Below are positions 53,748 through 62,996 of a DNA stretch of 64,000 bases, in pieces. This DNA is from Vicinamibacterales bacterium (lineage in GTDB: Bacteria > Acidobacteriota > Vicinamibacteria > Vicinamibacterales > UBA8438): assembly GCA_965237405.1 (NCBI GenBank), contig OZ250139.1, positions 3,781,661 to 3,845,660 on the forward strand, given 5' to 3'. The first letter of the stretch is position 1. Every line of letters starts with the position of its first letter. Below the pieces are notes generated by a model that worked only from the letters and a program-made list of their open reading frames with translations, was not told the origin of the DNA and did not search any database. Position numbers and translations under genes: made by a program.

Positions 53748-55060
53748 GGATTGCATTTGTCGTCCAACGATACGGCACCGAGATCATTGGGGGATCTGAG
53801 TATCACTGCCGGCTTGTCGCCGAGCATCTCTCTGCCCGATACGACGTCGAGGTCCTCACGACATGCGCCCGCGAGTACACGACCTGGGAAAACACCTATC
53901 CTGAGGGGACGGACCGTGTGCGCGGCGTGACGGTTCGACGGTTTCCGAACGCTGAGACCCGGGATCTCGAATCGTTCAACGAATTTTCAGACTGGCTGTT
54001 CAACAATCCCCATAGCGCCGCCGACGAGGAGAAGTGGCTGCACGAACAGGGACCATGGTGTCCGGCGCTGCTCGAATTTCTTGAACGCGAACACGCGTCG
54101 TATGACGCGCTTATCTTCTTTACGTACCTGTATGCGCTTACGGTGCAAGGGTTGAAGGTAGATCCACAACGGAGCATCTTAGTTCCGACCGCTCACGACG
54201 AACCGGCGATTCGTCTCGATCTCTATCGCGACGTCTTTTCGAAGCCGGCCGCAATCGCCTACAACACCGGCGTCGAGCGTGCATTCCTCATTCAGCAGTT
54301 TGCGATTTCGGCAGCGATGCAAGAGATCGTCGGATGTGGTGTCGACCTTCCACCGCATCTGACTCCATCAAATCCAGAGGATGCTTCCAACATAGAAAGT
54401 GCGGCTCACCGCGGTGCTGTTTTCAAACGCCGGCATCGCCTGTTCGATCCGTTCGTTCTATACGGGGGACGTATTGATCCAGGCAAGGGAGTTGAAGAGC
54501 TGATCGAGTACTTCAGCACCTACGCCCAGGAGTGCGGAGACGCGACACTAGCCCTCATGGGAGTCAAACTGATGCCGATTCCCGATGAACCGTTCATACG
54601 GTTTGCGGGGATGCTCCCCGAGCTCGAACGTCTCGAAGCACTCGAGGCGGCAACGGTCGTCGTCGTCCCATCGCCCTATGAAAGCTTGTCCCTCCTAGCA
54701 CTCGAGGCCTTTACCGTCGGTACTCCTATCCTGGCCAACGCTCGAAGCGATGTCTTGACCGACCACTGCCAGCGCAGCAATGCCGGCTTGTACTACGGCA
54801 GTCGCAATGAGTTCGTCGAATGCCTGAAGCTCTTCATGCGTGATGCCGAGCTACGAACGAGAATCGGCCGTCAGGGTCGTGCCTACGTAGAGGCAAACTA
54901 TAGCTGGAACGTGATCCTGGATAAATACGAGCGCATGATTAGGGGCATTTCGAAGCGGAGTGTATCCCGAAACTCACGGAGCAAAAGGGGGTCAAGGGGT
55001 CATGGACGCTCGGGACGGGCGCGGGCTTCCTCTCGTACCCGTCGTGCCCGGCCGAACTAG
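53744..55060 (+). CDS. Glycosyltransferase family 4 (type A' paralog) with a basic C-terminal tail
   Basis: The [29 protein letters not shown] N-terminus mirrors ORF 50112. [22 protein letters not shown] motif. R/S-rich tail. Confidence 0.8.
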   Translation: [438 protein letters not shown]

Positions 55061-55083
55061 GCGATCTTGTTTCTCGCGTCCCG

Positions 55084-56592
55084 CTAGTTGGTCACCCGCT
55101 TGTCGATGATTTCGACCAATTCACCCGTCGGGTCCTCCCGGTCACCGCCGCTGGGTCGAGAGTGTGGCCGTTGGCTCCTGACCAAGCCGGATCTATCGAT
55201 TTGTCGGCGGCTTGTCGGACGGATACCGTAACGTTTAATCATCTCGTTGAACGTCGTCGGTTTGAGCTGCAGCAGCTCGGCAGCCCTCTTCTGAATACCA
55301 CCGGCCGCTTCCAACGACCGCGTAAGCAGCATCGACTCCATGTCTTCGATGACCTTGCGGAAAGGAATCCCTTCTGACGGAAGCTGGAAACTCGGGAGGC
55401 GAAACGACTGCGATGTCCGAACCGAATCCGGGATGAGCTCGACACCGATCGTCCTACTCGATGTCAGCACCACGGCCCGCTCAATGACGTTCTCAAGCTC
55501 ACGTACGTTTCCTGGCCAGTGGCACTCCTCAAGCAGACGGATCGCATCCTGGGTGAGCTCAAGTCCGGGCTTCTCGTTCTCGCAACCATACTGCTCCAAG
55601 AAATGCCGCGTCAGATACAGGATGTCTTCGCGACGATCGCGAAGCGGCGGTAATTCTATCGCGATCACGTGGAGACGATAATAAAGGTCCTCGCGAAACT
55701 GACCCTTGTCGACCAATCGCTTGAGGTCTACGTTCGTGGCCGCAACGATCCGAACGTCAACCTTGATTGTGTCGACACCACCGAGGCGCATGAACTCGCG
55801 CTCCTGAATGACGCGGAGGAGCTTCGCCTGAGTCTCTCTGGGTACCGTACCGATTTCGTCGAAGAAGATCGTTCCTTTATCCGCGACCTCGAATAAACCC
55901 TTCTTGGGCGCCACCGCGCCGGTGAACGCGCCCTTCACGTGCCCGAAGAGATTAGACTCCAATAAATCGGGCGGCAGGCTCCCAGAGTTGACCGTAATGA
56001 ACGGGCGATCACTTCGCGACGAGTTTGCGTGCACCGCGCGAGCGACGAGTTCCTTGCCCGTACCGCTCTCGCCCTGCACGAGAATCGTAGTCCGACTCGG
56101 CGCCGCCTGCTTGATCAAGTTAAACACCTGATGCATGCAGGGGCTATTGCCGATGATGTCACTGAATCGCTGACCCTGCTCGTGTAGGCTTTGACGGAGT
56201 GTCTGGTTTTCAGCCAGTAAGCGCCGCTGGGCAGTGGCATTCCGTACGACCAGCAGTACGTCGTCGTTCTTGAAGGGTTTCTCGACGAAATCGAAGGCAC
56301 CGCGCTTGAAGGCCTCGCGGGTGTTCGCCGAAGATCCAAAAGCCGTGATGATGACAACAGGCAGTTCTTCATCGAAGCGCTTGAGTTCCTCGAGCGTCTC
56401 GATCCCGTCGATGCCCGGCATCATGATGTCGACAATCGCGACATCGAACGTTCGCGTCTTGGCAATCTCGACGGCCTCTTCACCCGACGACGCCAGCGTT
56501 ATCTGACACCCTTCTCGACCGAGCAGGGAGTCGAGGATCTCCCGCATAATCTCTTCGTCGTCGACGACCAGAATCGAAACATCCTGCAGCAT
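55084..56592 (-). CDS. Sigma54-dependent response regulator (NtrC family: REC, AAA+, Fis-type HTH)
   Basis: REC domain (VDDEE...D in AIVDIMMPG), Walker A GESGTGKE, GAFTGA sigma54-contact motif, C-terminal HTH. Confidence 0.9.
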   Translation of the reverse strand: MLQDVSILVVDDEEIMREILDSLLGREGCQITLASSGEEAVEIAKTRTFDVAIVDIMMPGIDGIETLEELKRFDEELPVVIITAFGSSANTREAFKRGAFDFVEKPFKNDDVLLVVRNATAQRRLLAENQTLRQSLHEQGQRFSDIIGNSPCMHQVFNLIKQAAPSRTTILVQGESGTGKELVARAVHANSSRSDRPFITVNSGSLPPDLLESNLFGHVKGAFTGAVAPKKGLFEVADKGTIFFDEIGTVPRETQAKLLRVIQEREFMRLGGVDTIKVDVRIVAATNVDLKRLVDKGQFREDLYYRLHVIAIELPPLRDRREDILYLTRHFLEQYGCENEKPGLELTQDAIRLLEECHWPGNVRELENVIERAVVLTSSRTIGVELIPDSVRTSQSFRLPSFQLPSEGIPFRKVIEDMESMLLTRSLEAAGGIQKRAAELLQLKPTTFNEMIKRYGIRPTSRRQIDRSGLVRSQRPHSRPSGGDREDPTGELVEIIDKRVTN

Positions 56593-56594
56593 GA

Positions 56595-59546
56595 CTAATC
56601 TATGTGGACGGCCTCGGCCGCGCGTTCACGCAAGGGAGTCGCCAGTGGCAACCTCAGCGTGAACCGCGTGCCCTGTCCCGGGCTACTATCGCACTCAATC
56701 GCTCCGTGATGTTCCTGGACGACACCATAAGTAACCGACAAGCCTAGCCCTGTCCCCTGACCAGGAACCTTGGTAGTGAAGAACGGATCATAGATTCGGG
56801 AAAGCACCTTCGAGGAAATCCCAGATCCTGTGTCGGCCACCTCGACGACCGCCTCGCGCTCGCTGATACGCGCACCGACGGTAAGCCAGCCTCCATTCGG
56901 CATCGCATCGCGCGCGTTGAGGAAAAGATTCAGGAACACCTGCTGGAGCTTGAACTCCACGCCGGACACGACGACGGGAGTCTGCGGAAGTTCTCGCCGA
57001 ACCTTAACGCTCCCAGCTGCGAGCTGATGCTCAAGCAGCGCCATCACGTCACCAATCACCACGTTAAGGTCAATGAGACCTGAAGCATCAGTTCGCCCAG
57101 GACGCGCCAGGTTCAGCAAGCCGTTGATGATCTTCGCGGCCCTAAACGTCTGGCGCTCTATTTTCTCAAGCACCTTCGTCTTAGGGTCCTCTGGGTCGGA
57201 ACTCTCTAACAACATTTGGGTAAAACTCGAAATCCCGGTAAGCGGCGTGTTCACCTCATGTGCCACTCCGGCCGCCAAGAGACCGATTGAGGCCATCTTC
57301 TCAGAGATCTGCAACTGTTCTTCCAGCTGGACTCGCTGCGTGATGTCCTCCACGATCATCATCATCCCGCTGGTATTGCCCTCTGGCGTCAAGAGCGGCG
57401 CGGTCGCCACGTTGACCAGGAGGCGCCGACCTGAGCCGTCCGCATCAGCATCGCCGCCGGCAGACTCGTCTTGATGCCGCGAACGAAGCGGGACGCGATA
57501 GAGCACGGTTCCCTCGGGTGCCTCATCGCAGGCTGCCTTCATGCGCGAGGCAAACGGCCCATCAAAAACCGCGGCGAGCTTTTGACCGACAGCAGCATCC
57601 CGAGATAGCCCGTACAAGCGCTCCAGTCCTGCGTTCCACCGCACCACGCGTTCGTCGAGGTCGAATACGACGAGCCCGTCGTTGAGGGATTCGATGATGT
57701 TCTCGCTGAATTGTCGCAATCGATCGAACTCAGCGGCCTTCTGACGCAGCTGCCCATACAACCGGCCGTTCTCAAGCGCGGTTGCAACTTGACCCGCCAC
57801 AGCGGCGAGCAACGCCATATCTTCACTGCTTAGGGGCTCGCCACTCCCCTTTCGACCGAGCCCCATCACCGCGATCGTGCCCTCTTCGAAGACGCACGGC
57901 ACAAAGTAGTGAAGTCCGCGCTCGCGCCAAGAACTGACCTCCTCAACCGGCAAACCCCCACGATGAGGGACTGCATCGATCGAGATCGTGTGCCGCATGC
58001 TCAGCTTCATCCCAAGCTTCGAATCATGGTCGATTGCCGGCGGCGGCGTCTCGAAACCCGTCCACCGGAGTGGCACGAACGCGCCATCGGCGTCACCGCT
58101 GACTCCCTGAAGGAGCACCATCTTGTCGACCACCAACGTTTCACTGACGCGAGTTACCAAGCGGTCAGTCAGTCGGTCCAGATCGAGGTCACTGTTGAGA
58201 TCGCGCGCAAAACCTACCAGCGCCCGTCGATAGTCGTACCGATCGCGGTAATACACGCGATCAAGCATGGTCTGGATCCTGTTCTTCACGGGTCCAGCTA
58301 ACAGGACCACCACAGCTGTTGCGAGTAGCGCGATGATCGAATTGTATTGGTCGGACTCCTCAAGAAAGACTTCGCTTGCGAGTGCCTCGAGAACGAGGTA
58401 GATGGCCGCCATCGCCAAGACCACAGCCGTATACACGACGCTGCGCTTTACGATCACTTCGACATCTTGGAGTCGATACCGAACAATGGCCGACGCAAAC
58501 GCTAACGGAACGACACAAAAAGGAATCGCGGTCAGATCAAGACGCGCAACCGGCTCGAACCCAAGCGACCATGGAATGGCATATCCAACGGTAAACGGCA
58601 AGCCACCTAAGACTGCCCCCGACACGACCCACCGAAGCTGCCGACGCGCCGTCACGGAATGGACACGCCGGAGCGCGACAATCATGATCGCAAGTGCCCC
58701 CACAATGCACGCAGCGAGATACGCCATCTCAAGGCGCCAAATTACCTCGACAGCATGCATCAGCGACTGACCTGATTCGATCGTGACGACGCTGGCCACT
58801 TCCACCAGACCCATGACAAGCACCGGAAGGTAGATGAGCGGTACGACCCTACGTCCGGCCCAATGACGGAATCGCCACGGGGTCCGATCCGGGAACACGA
58901 GAGCAAAGTGGAGAAAGAGTGGAGCAAGCAGGAGCGTCGATATCGCGTCCGCCCAGAAGAAGACCCAATCGAGCCGATCGAGTCGCCCAGTGAACGAAAA
59001 CGCGAACATCCCGAAGAACGCGACAGTCAGCCAAAAAAAGTGCAGAGTCGTCTGATGGCCAGGCAATCGGACTCGAACTAATGCTCCGATCAGCAGCGCA
59101 AAGATGCCCACCCCAACTAGAACGAAATAGACGGTAATATCGCTCGATGGCGACGGTCGAAGCGTCAACTCGTAGAGCTCTTGAGTCCCGCGCCGGAAAA
59201 CGGTATATGTGAGTTGGGAGCCAGCACGACTCTCATGCAACACATTAAGGATTTCACCACGCGTCTCCACCGGTTGCCCATTGACCGACAGCAGGACGTC
59301 TCCCTGCTGAACGCCGGCCGCGGCCCCAGCGGAGTTCAGGTCGATCGCCGTGGCCACCAGCCCCTGAGACCTCTCGACCCACAGCACGCCATCGTCGACC
59401 TCGGTCCAGTTCACACGCACAACGACGTTGGAGGCCGCTAGGAAGAGCAACACTGACACCACGCCAACGGCTAGCAGGGTAACGCCCCAACCAGCACGAA
59501 GTCGTCTGTAAACGTCACGAATTGTCGGAGGGTTTGACGCGGGCAT
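56595..59546 (-). CDS. Multidomain sensor histidine kinase (periplasmic PDZ, polytopic membrane region, GAF, PAS, HisKA, HATPase)
   Basis: PDZ-like GVQQGDVLLSVNGQPV, about 8 TM helices, H-box AAGVAHEVNTPL, N/G boxes (NLFLNARDAM, DTGSGI, GTGLGL). Confidence 0.85.
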   Translation of the reverse strand: MPASNPPTIRDVYRRLRAGWGVTLLAVGVVSVLLFLAASNVVVRVNWTEVDDGVLWVERSQGLVATAIDLNSAGAAAGVQQGDVLLSVNGQPVETRGEILNVLHESRAGSQLTYTVFRRGTQELYELTLRPSPSSDITVYFVLVGVGIFALLIGALVRVRLPGHQTTLHFFWLTVAFFGMFAFSFTGRLDRLDWVFFWADAISTLLLAPLFLHFALVFPDRTPWRFRHWAGRRVVPLIYLPVLVMGLVEVASVVTIESGQSLMHAVEVIWRLEMAYLAACIVGALAIMIVALRRVHSVTARRQLRWVVSGAVLGGLPFTVGYAIPWSLGFEPVARLDLTAIPFCVVPLAFASAIVRYRLQDVEVIVKRSVVYTAVVLAMAAIYLVLEALASEVFLEESDQYNSIIALLATAVVVLLAGPVKNRIQTMLDRVYYRDRYDYRRALVGFARDLNSDLDLDRLTDRLVTRVSETLVVDKMVLLQGVSGDADGAFVPLRWTGFETPPPAIDHDSKLGMKLSMRHTISIDAVPHRGGLPVEEVSSWRERGLHYFVPCVFEEGTIAVMGLGRKGSGEPLSSEDMALLAAVAGQVATALENGRLYGQLRQKAAEFDRLRQFSENIIESLNDGLVVFDLDERVVRWNAGLERLYGLSRDAAVGQKLAAVFDGPFASRMKAACDEAPEGTVLYRVPLRSRHQDESAGGDADADGSGRRLLVNVATAPLLTPEGNTSGMMMIVEDITQRVQLEEQLQISEKMASIGLLAAGVAHEVNTPLTGISSFTQMLLESSDPEDPKTKVLEKIERQTFRAAKIINGLLNLARPGRTDASGLIDLNVVIGDVMALLEHQLAAGSVKVRRELPQTPVVVSGVEFKLQQVFLNLFLNARDAMPNGGWLTVGARISEREAVVEVADTGSGISSKVLSRIYDPFFTTKVPGQGTGLGLSVTYGVVQEHHGAIECDSSPGQGTRFTLRLPLATPLRERAAEAVHID

Positions 59547-59666
59547 ATCTCAATCGATTCAAGGAATCGGACGTGCTATCCCAACCATCGGATCAAGAGT
59601 CACCTTCTGGTCATCTCCACGCAGCCAAATCGTATCGGCTGGCCATCAGCTCTAGATTATCGAGGA

Positions 59667-61733
59667 TCAAAAATTCACAACCAACCCGCCAACAACTTCC
59701 TTTGGCGGGTTGACCACGAGGAGCTCATCGTAGACCGACGCTCCGGCAACCTGTTCGCGGAACAAGCTCCGGATGTCGAAAAGCACTTCCCAGTTGCTGC
59801 CTCCAATGGGCGAGAATGGCAACGTTTGCCTCACACGCAAGGCGAAGCGGCCACCGAACCCAATCCGAAGTGCCTCTGTTCCGGTTTCCCGATTCGCAAA
59901 CGCGGAACTGAAACGGTACAGCAGTAGCACCCGGGTCGCGCTCTCCGGGACCACAGTCTCAATGGACGTCGTGATGTCGTGTATACGTTCGGAACCGGAC
60001 CGAAGCACACTCACGGTTCTCGGCGACAAACCGCTTACCATCCACGGCGCCCATTCGGCGTCGATAATGCTGTAGTCGACCGAGCCGGTGAAACGATCGC
60101 CAACTTCGTGCGCAAACATCACCGCCCACCCGTCGGTAGTGACGCCGCTGGCGCTGGTCATGTAGTAGTGGTCGGACGACGAGACTGACGGTACAAGTCG
60201 GGCACCGAACAACGTTATGATCTGGTCGTCGACATTCTGTGCGAATCGCCGAACACCGACGGTCGACGTTCGGCCCACGTCATGCTCAACGGCAATCTCG
60301 AAATGCCGGGACCGTTCCGCATGCAGAGGATCGGTCGAAGACAGCGGAGCAAAGGTGCGTACCGGTGGAAGCCAGACACCCTCAGACGGCGGAAGATATT
60401 CTTCGGCCCCGGGTGCCAGCATGTACTGCGACATCCCCAACCTAACCCGGGTCCCCTCGAAAGGAGTCAACGTGACCGCGACGTTGGGACTGAACAGGTA
60501 AGCCTCCTCGAGATACCCGTACCCCGCCAACGTGGCCCCGTAGTCCAGCGTCATGCTCGGGTTCAGGGTCCACTGTCCGTCAGCCCGCACGCTGCCGGCA
60601 TCCCGGCGAGGATCATCCGCCGAGCGACCCAGATCGCGCGGGAACGCGCTGAGAGTTAGGTCGCCGGTCTGAACACGCTGACGGCTATAGGACATCCCGA
60701 TGGCCAACGCGTTAGTCTGTGATGTCCCAGCCAAATACGTTCCCGAAAGCACCCACGAGCCAGCATCCCCCGTACGTACGGCGCCACGAACTCCCCACAC
60801 CTGGTCTTGTTCAATTCCGCCGAGCGACACGTATGCAATCTGACCCGGGAGAATATTCGTGGCCTGGAAATCGTGAGGCGAATGAACGCTCGTTCGAGTC
60901 AGTAAATGAAACTGACCCAACAGCGGAAAGCTTCTACTCAAGTCGACCGACGGCGAACCCGTCACCGACCCGCTCCCAAAGCCAAGACGGGCCCCGCCAG
61001 GTCCCTCAAATGCCAAGGTGTCGATCGCTACCAACTCGACTTGGGTGTCCTTGAGCACGCTCCGACGAGCTCGACGTAGCCACCAAGCTTTGTCGGAATC
61101 ATCATGCGGCGTAACACCGTACTCGACAGCACCGTCTGGGCCGGCTCCAGTTAAATTTAGGTCGGCGCCCTCAACGGGCTGTAAGGCTTCAGCCTCCACG
61201 ATCCCATCGCTAGTTCCGCTACCGGGCACAAACCCGGCCGCCAGGAGTGTTGAGGGTACATTGGATGTTCCGTCGGTTCGGCGCAGGGTAACCGAACGTG
61301 TCGTAGCGAGACCAGAACGGACCTGCACAACGTGACGGTTGGCGGGCTTGAATCCGTACACGTGCGCGCGGAGTAGGTAACTTCCGGGACGAAGACCACG
61401 AAACTCGAATCTGCCGTTGACATCGCACACCACCAACGCGGTGCCGGATGGGCCGGTAGCGGAAATGAGCGTGTCATCTAGGGGAACGCCGGCAACGTCG
61501 GTCACCGTGCCAAGAAGCCGGCCTGGACTCAGTAGCCCCATCTCTCCAGTTGAAGCCGGCACCTTTTTCGAAGCCGCAGACGCCGAAGCGCCTGCGGGTA
61601 ACTCGACAACTCCTCGGGCCCACGTTGCCTCAGTGCCTACGACGATCACGATCAGGAACAAACCGAAGACGAACTGAACTATCGGCGGCATCACTTTAGT
61701 TCCCCTCACTAATCCGCCATGAACGATCATCAA
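59667..61733 (-). CDS. Outer-membrane protein with N-terminal carboxypeptidase-regulatory-like domain and a C-terminal beta-barrel-like region
   Basis: GTVTDVAGVPLDDTLISATGPSG...DVNGRFEFRGLRPGSYLLRA is a CarboxypepD_reg-type domain, and the C-terminus ends in an aromatic residue (VVNF). The start may be at 61691. Confidence 0.6.
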   Translation of the reverse strand: MMIVHGGLVRGTKVMPPIVQFVFGLFLIVIVVGTEATWARGVVELPAGASASAASKKVPASTGEMGLLSPGRLLGTVTDVAGVPLDDTLISATGPSGTALVVCDVNGRFEFRGLRPGSYLLRAHVYGFKPANRHVVQVRSGLATTRSVTLRRTDGTSNVPSTLLAAGFVPGSGTSDGIVEAEALQPVEGADLNLTGAGPDGAVEYGVTPHDDSDKAWWLRRARRSVLKDTQVELVAIDTLAFEGPGGARLGFGSGSVTGSPSVDLSRSFPLLGQFHLLTRTSVHSPHDFQATNILPGQIAYVSLGGIEQDQVWGVRGAVRTGDAGSWVLSGTYLAGTSQTNALAIGMSYSRQRVQTGDLTLSAFPRDLGRSADDPRRDAGSVRADGQWTLNPSMTLDYGATLAGYGYLEEAYLFSPNVAVTLTPFEGTRVRLGMSQYMLAPGAEEYLPPSEGVWLPPVRTFAPLSSTDPLHAERSRHFEIAVEHDVGRTSTVGVRRFAQNVDDQIITLFGARLVPSVSSSDHYYMTSASGVTTDGWAVMFAHEVGDRFTGSVDYSIIDAEWAPWMVSGLSPRTVSVLRSGSERIHDITTSIETVVPESATRVLLLYRFSSAFANRETGTEALRIGFGGRFALRVRQTLPFSPIGGSNWEVLFDIRSLFREQVAGASVYDELLVVNPPKEVVGGLVVNF

Positions 61734-61761
61734 GCCCGTAACCGGTTAACTAACAAAACGT

Positions 61762-62808
61762 CTACTCGGTCACGTTAAAACTCACGCCGCGAATGACGTT
61801 CTCACCCGATATGTTATCCGTCACGTTGATTTCCAAGCGATAACTACCGGCCGGAAAAGCACTGAGCGGGATGGACTGGCCCGCGACGATCTGATGCCCC
61901 ACCGAGAGGTCGAACCCGAGTGGCAGTGTCTGCACGTTGAACTGCTGCGGGTTGGTCTTATTGAAGAACTCCTCACCGCTCTCGTTCTGCGTCTGGAAAC
62001 TGTAATCGACGGTGAGATCAGGCATCTGGTCTGACGACAGCCGCGGATTGTAGACAAGCACAACTAGGGCCAACTCATCCGTACTCCCAAACTCTCGGTT
62101 CGTTTTAGGAACGATTCGCGTAGTGCCCAACGTGTATGGACTGGCAACCTGCTGGTCTGGACTCAGTGGTTGGTCGAGTGGTTCGACGAGCTCAGCAACG
62201 ATCACCGAGCTTGTCTGCAGCTGATCGTTCCAGAAGTCAGGAATCTCCACCTTTTCCTTAAGCATCAGTACGGTCGACGATTCACGGACCTCATCGTCAC
62301 TCGGTGGGCCTAAGCTGTCGCGAACGGCTACGTACACATCGTACATGCCGGCGACGGCGGTGAACGCTCGACTCACCTCGATCGCTTTATCCTCTGCACG
62401 ACCAGAAACGTCGATGAAGTGTCTGTCTTCGAAGACCGGGTCCAGCGACTCGATCGCTCCGTCGGCTGATGGAACCGGAAGTACATCGGCGTGCGGAGTG
62501 ACTAAGAAGTACATCGCCAATGATGATCCCATCACCTGGGAAGAATCGATTGACAACGTAAACGGCACGTATGTTTTGCCCTCCATACCCTTCAGAAAAT
62601 CAGCCGTCATGGCGAACGGCTGCTTAGTCGGCACCAGCTCACCCCGAACCGCCGAAGCAACCACGTCGACCAGCGTCTGCAGTTCGGCCAGCTGCCATGC
62701 CTCCATGGACGCTTGCTCGCCCCAGGCACCCGATGCCGGTGCGCCCATCAGGATTTGCACGATGGCGCATACGACGGTGGCGTGTCGCAAACGGAACAAA
62801 TGTGTCAT
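61762..62808 (-). CDS. Hypothetical secreted protein
   Basis: Signal peptide, then a beta-rich sequence ending ...AGSYRLEINVTDNISGENVIRGVSFNVTE. It resembles C-terminal modules of acidobacterial envelope proteins, but no confident family call. Confidence 0.5.
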   Translation of the reverse strand: MTHLFRLRHATVVCAIVQILMGAPASGAWGEQASMEAWQLAELQTLVDVVASAVRGELVPTKQPFAMTADFLKGMEGKTYVPFTLSIDSSQVMGSSLAMYFLVTPHADVLPVPSADGAIESLDPVFEDRHFIDVSGRAEDKAIEVSRAFTAVAGMYDVYVAVRDSLGPPSDDEVRESSTVLMLKEKVEIPDFWNDQLQTSSVIVAELVEPLDQPLSPDQQVASPYTLGTTRIVPKTNREFGSTDELALVVLVYNPRLSSDQMPDLTVDYSFQTQNESGEEFFNKTNPQQFNVQTLPLGFDLSVGHQIVAGQSIPLSAFPAGSYRLEINVTDNISGENVIRGVSFNVTE

Positions 62809-62889
62809 GAAGGCTGGTACTCGTTGAGCCGGGATGGAGGCAGTTTAGTGACTTCTTCATCATAGGTCACCATGATGCCTAAGTCAAAC

Positions 62890-62918
62890 TTGACAATACC
62901 ATGTAACTTATTTATTTA
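62890..62918 (+). promoter_or_regulatory. Candidate sigma70 promoter for gpmI (TTGACA - 17 nt - TATTTA)
   Basis: Hexamers in the AT-rich gap between divergent genes. Confidence 0.3.
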
Positions 62919-62996
62919 TATATGCTTGCATGAAATTTTGCGAGCCTATCTGAAGGCCAAGCATGGTATCATGGCCAGTCTCGCCTCGTGAATGCC

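Noticed and set aside
62809-62996. Sigma54 promoter upstream of the envelope/two-component operon (TGGCCTTCAGATAGGC on the minus strand)
   Set aside because: The GG-to-GC spacing is off by one and the -12 element is poor, so the evidence is insufficient.
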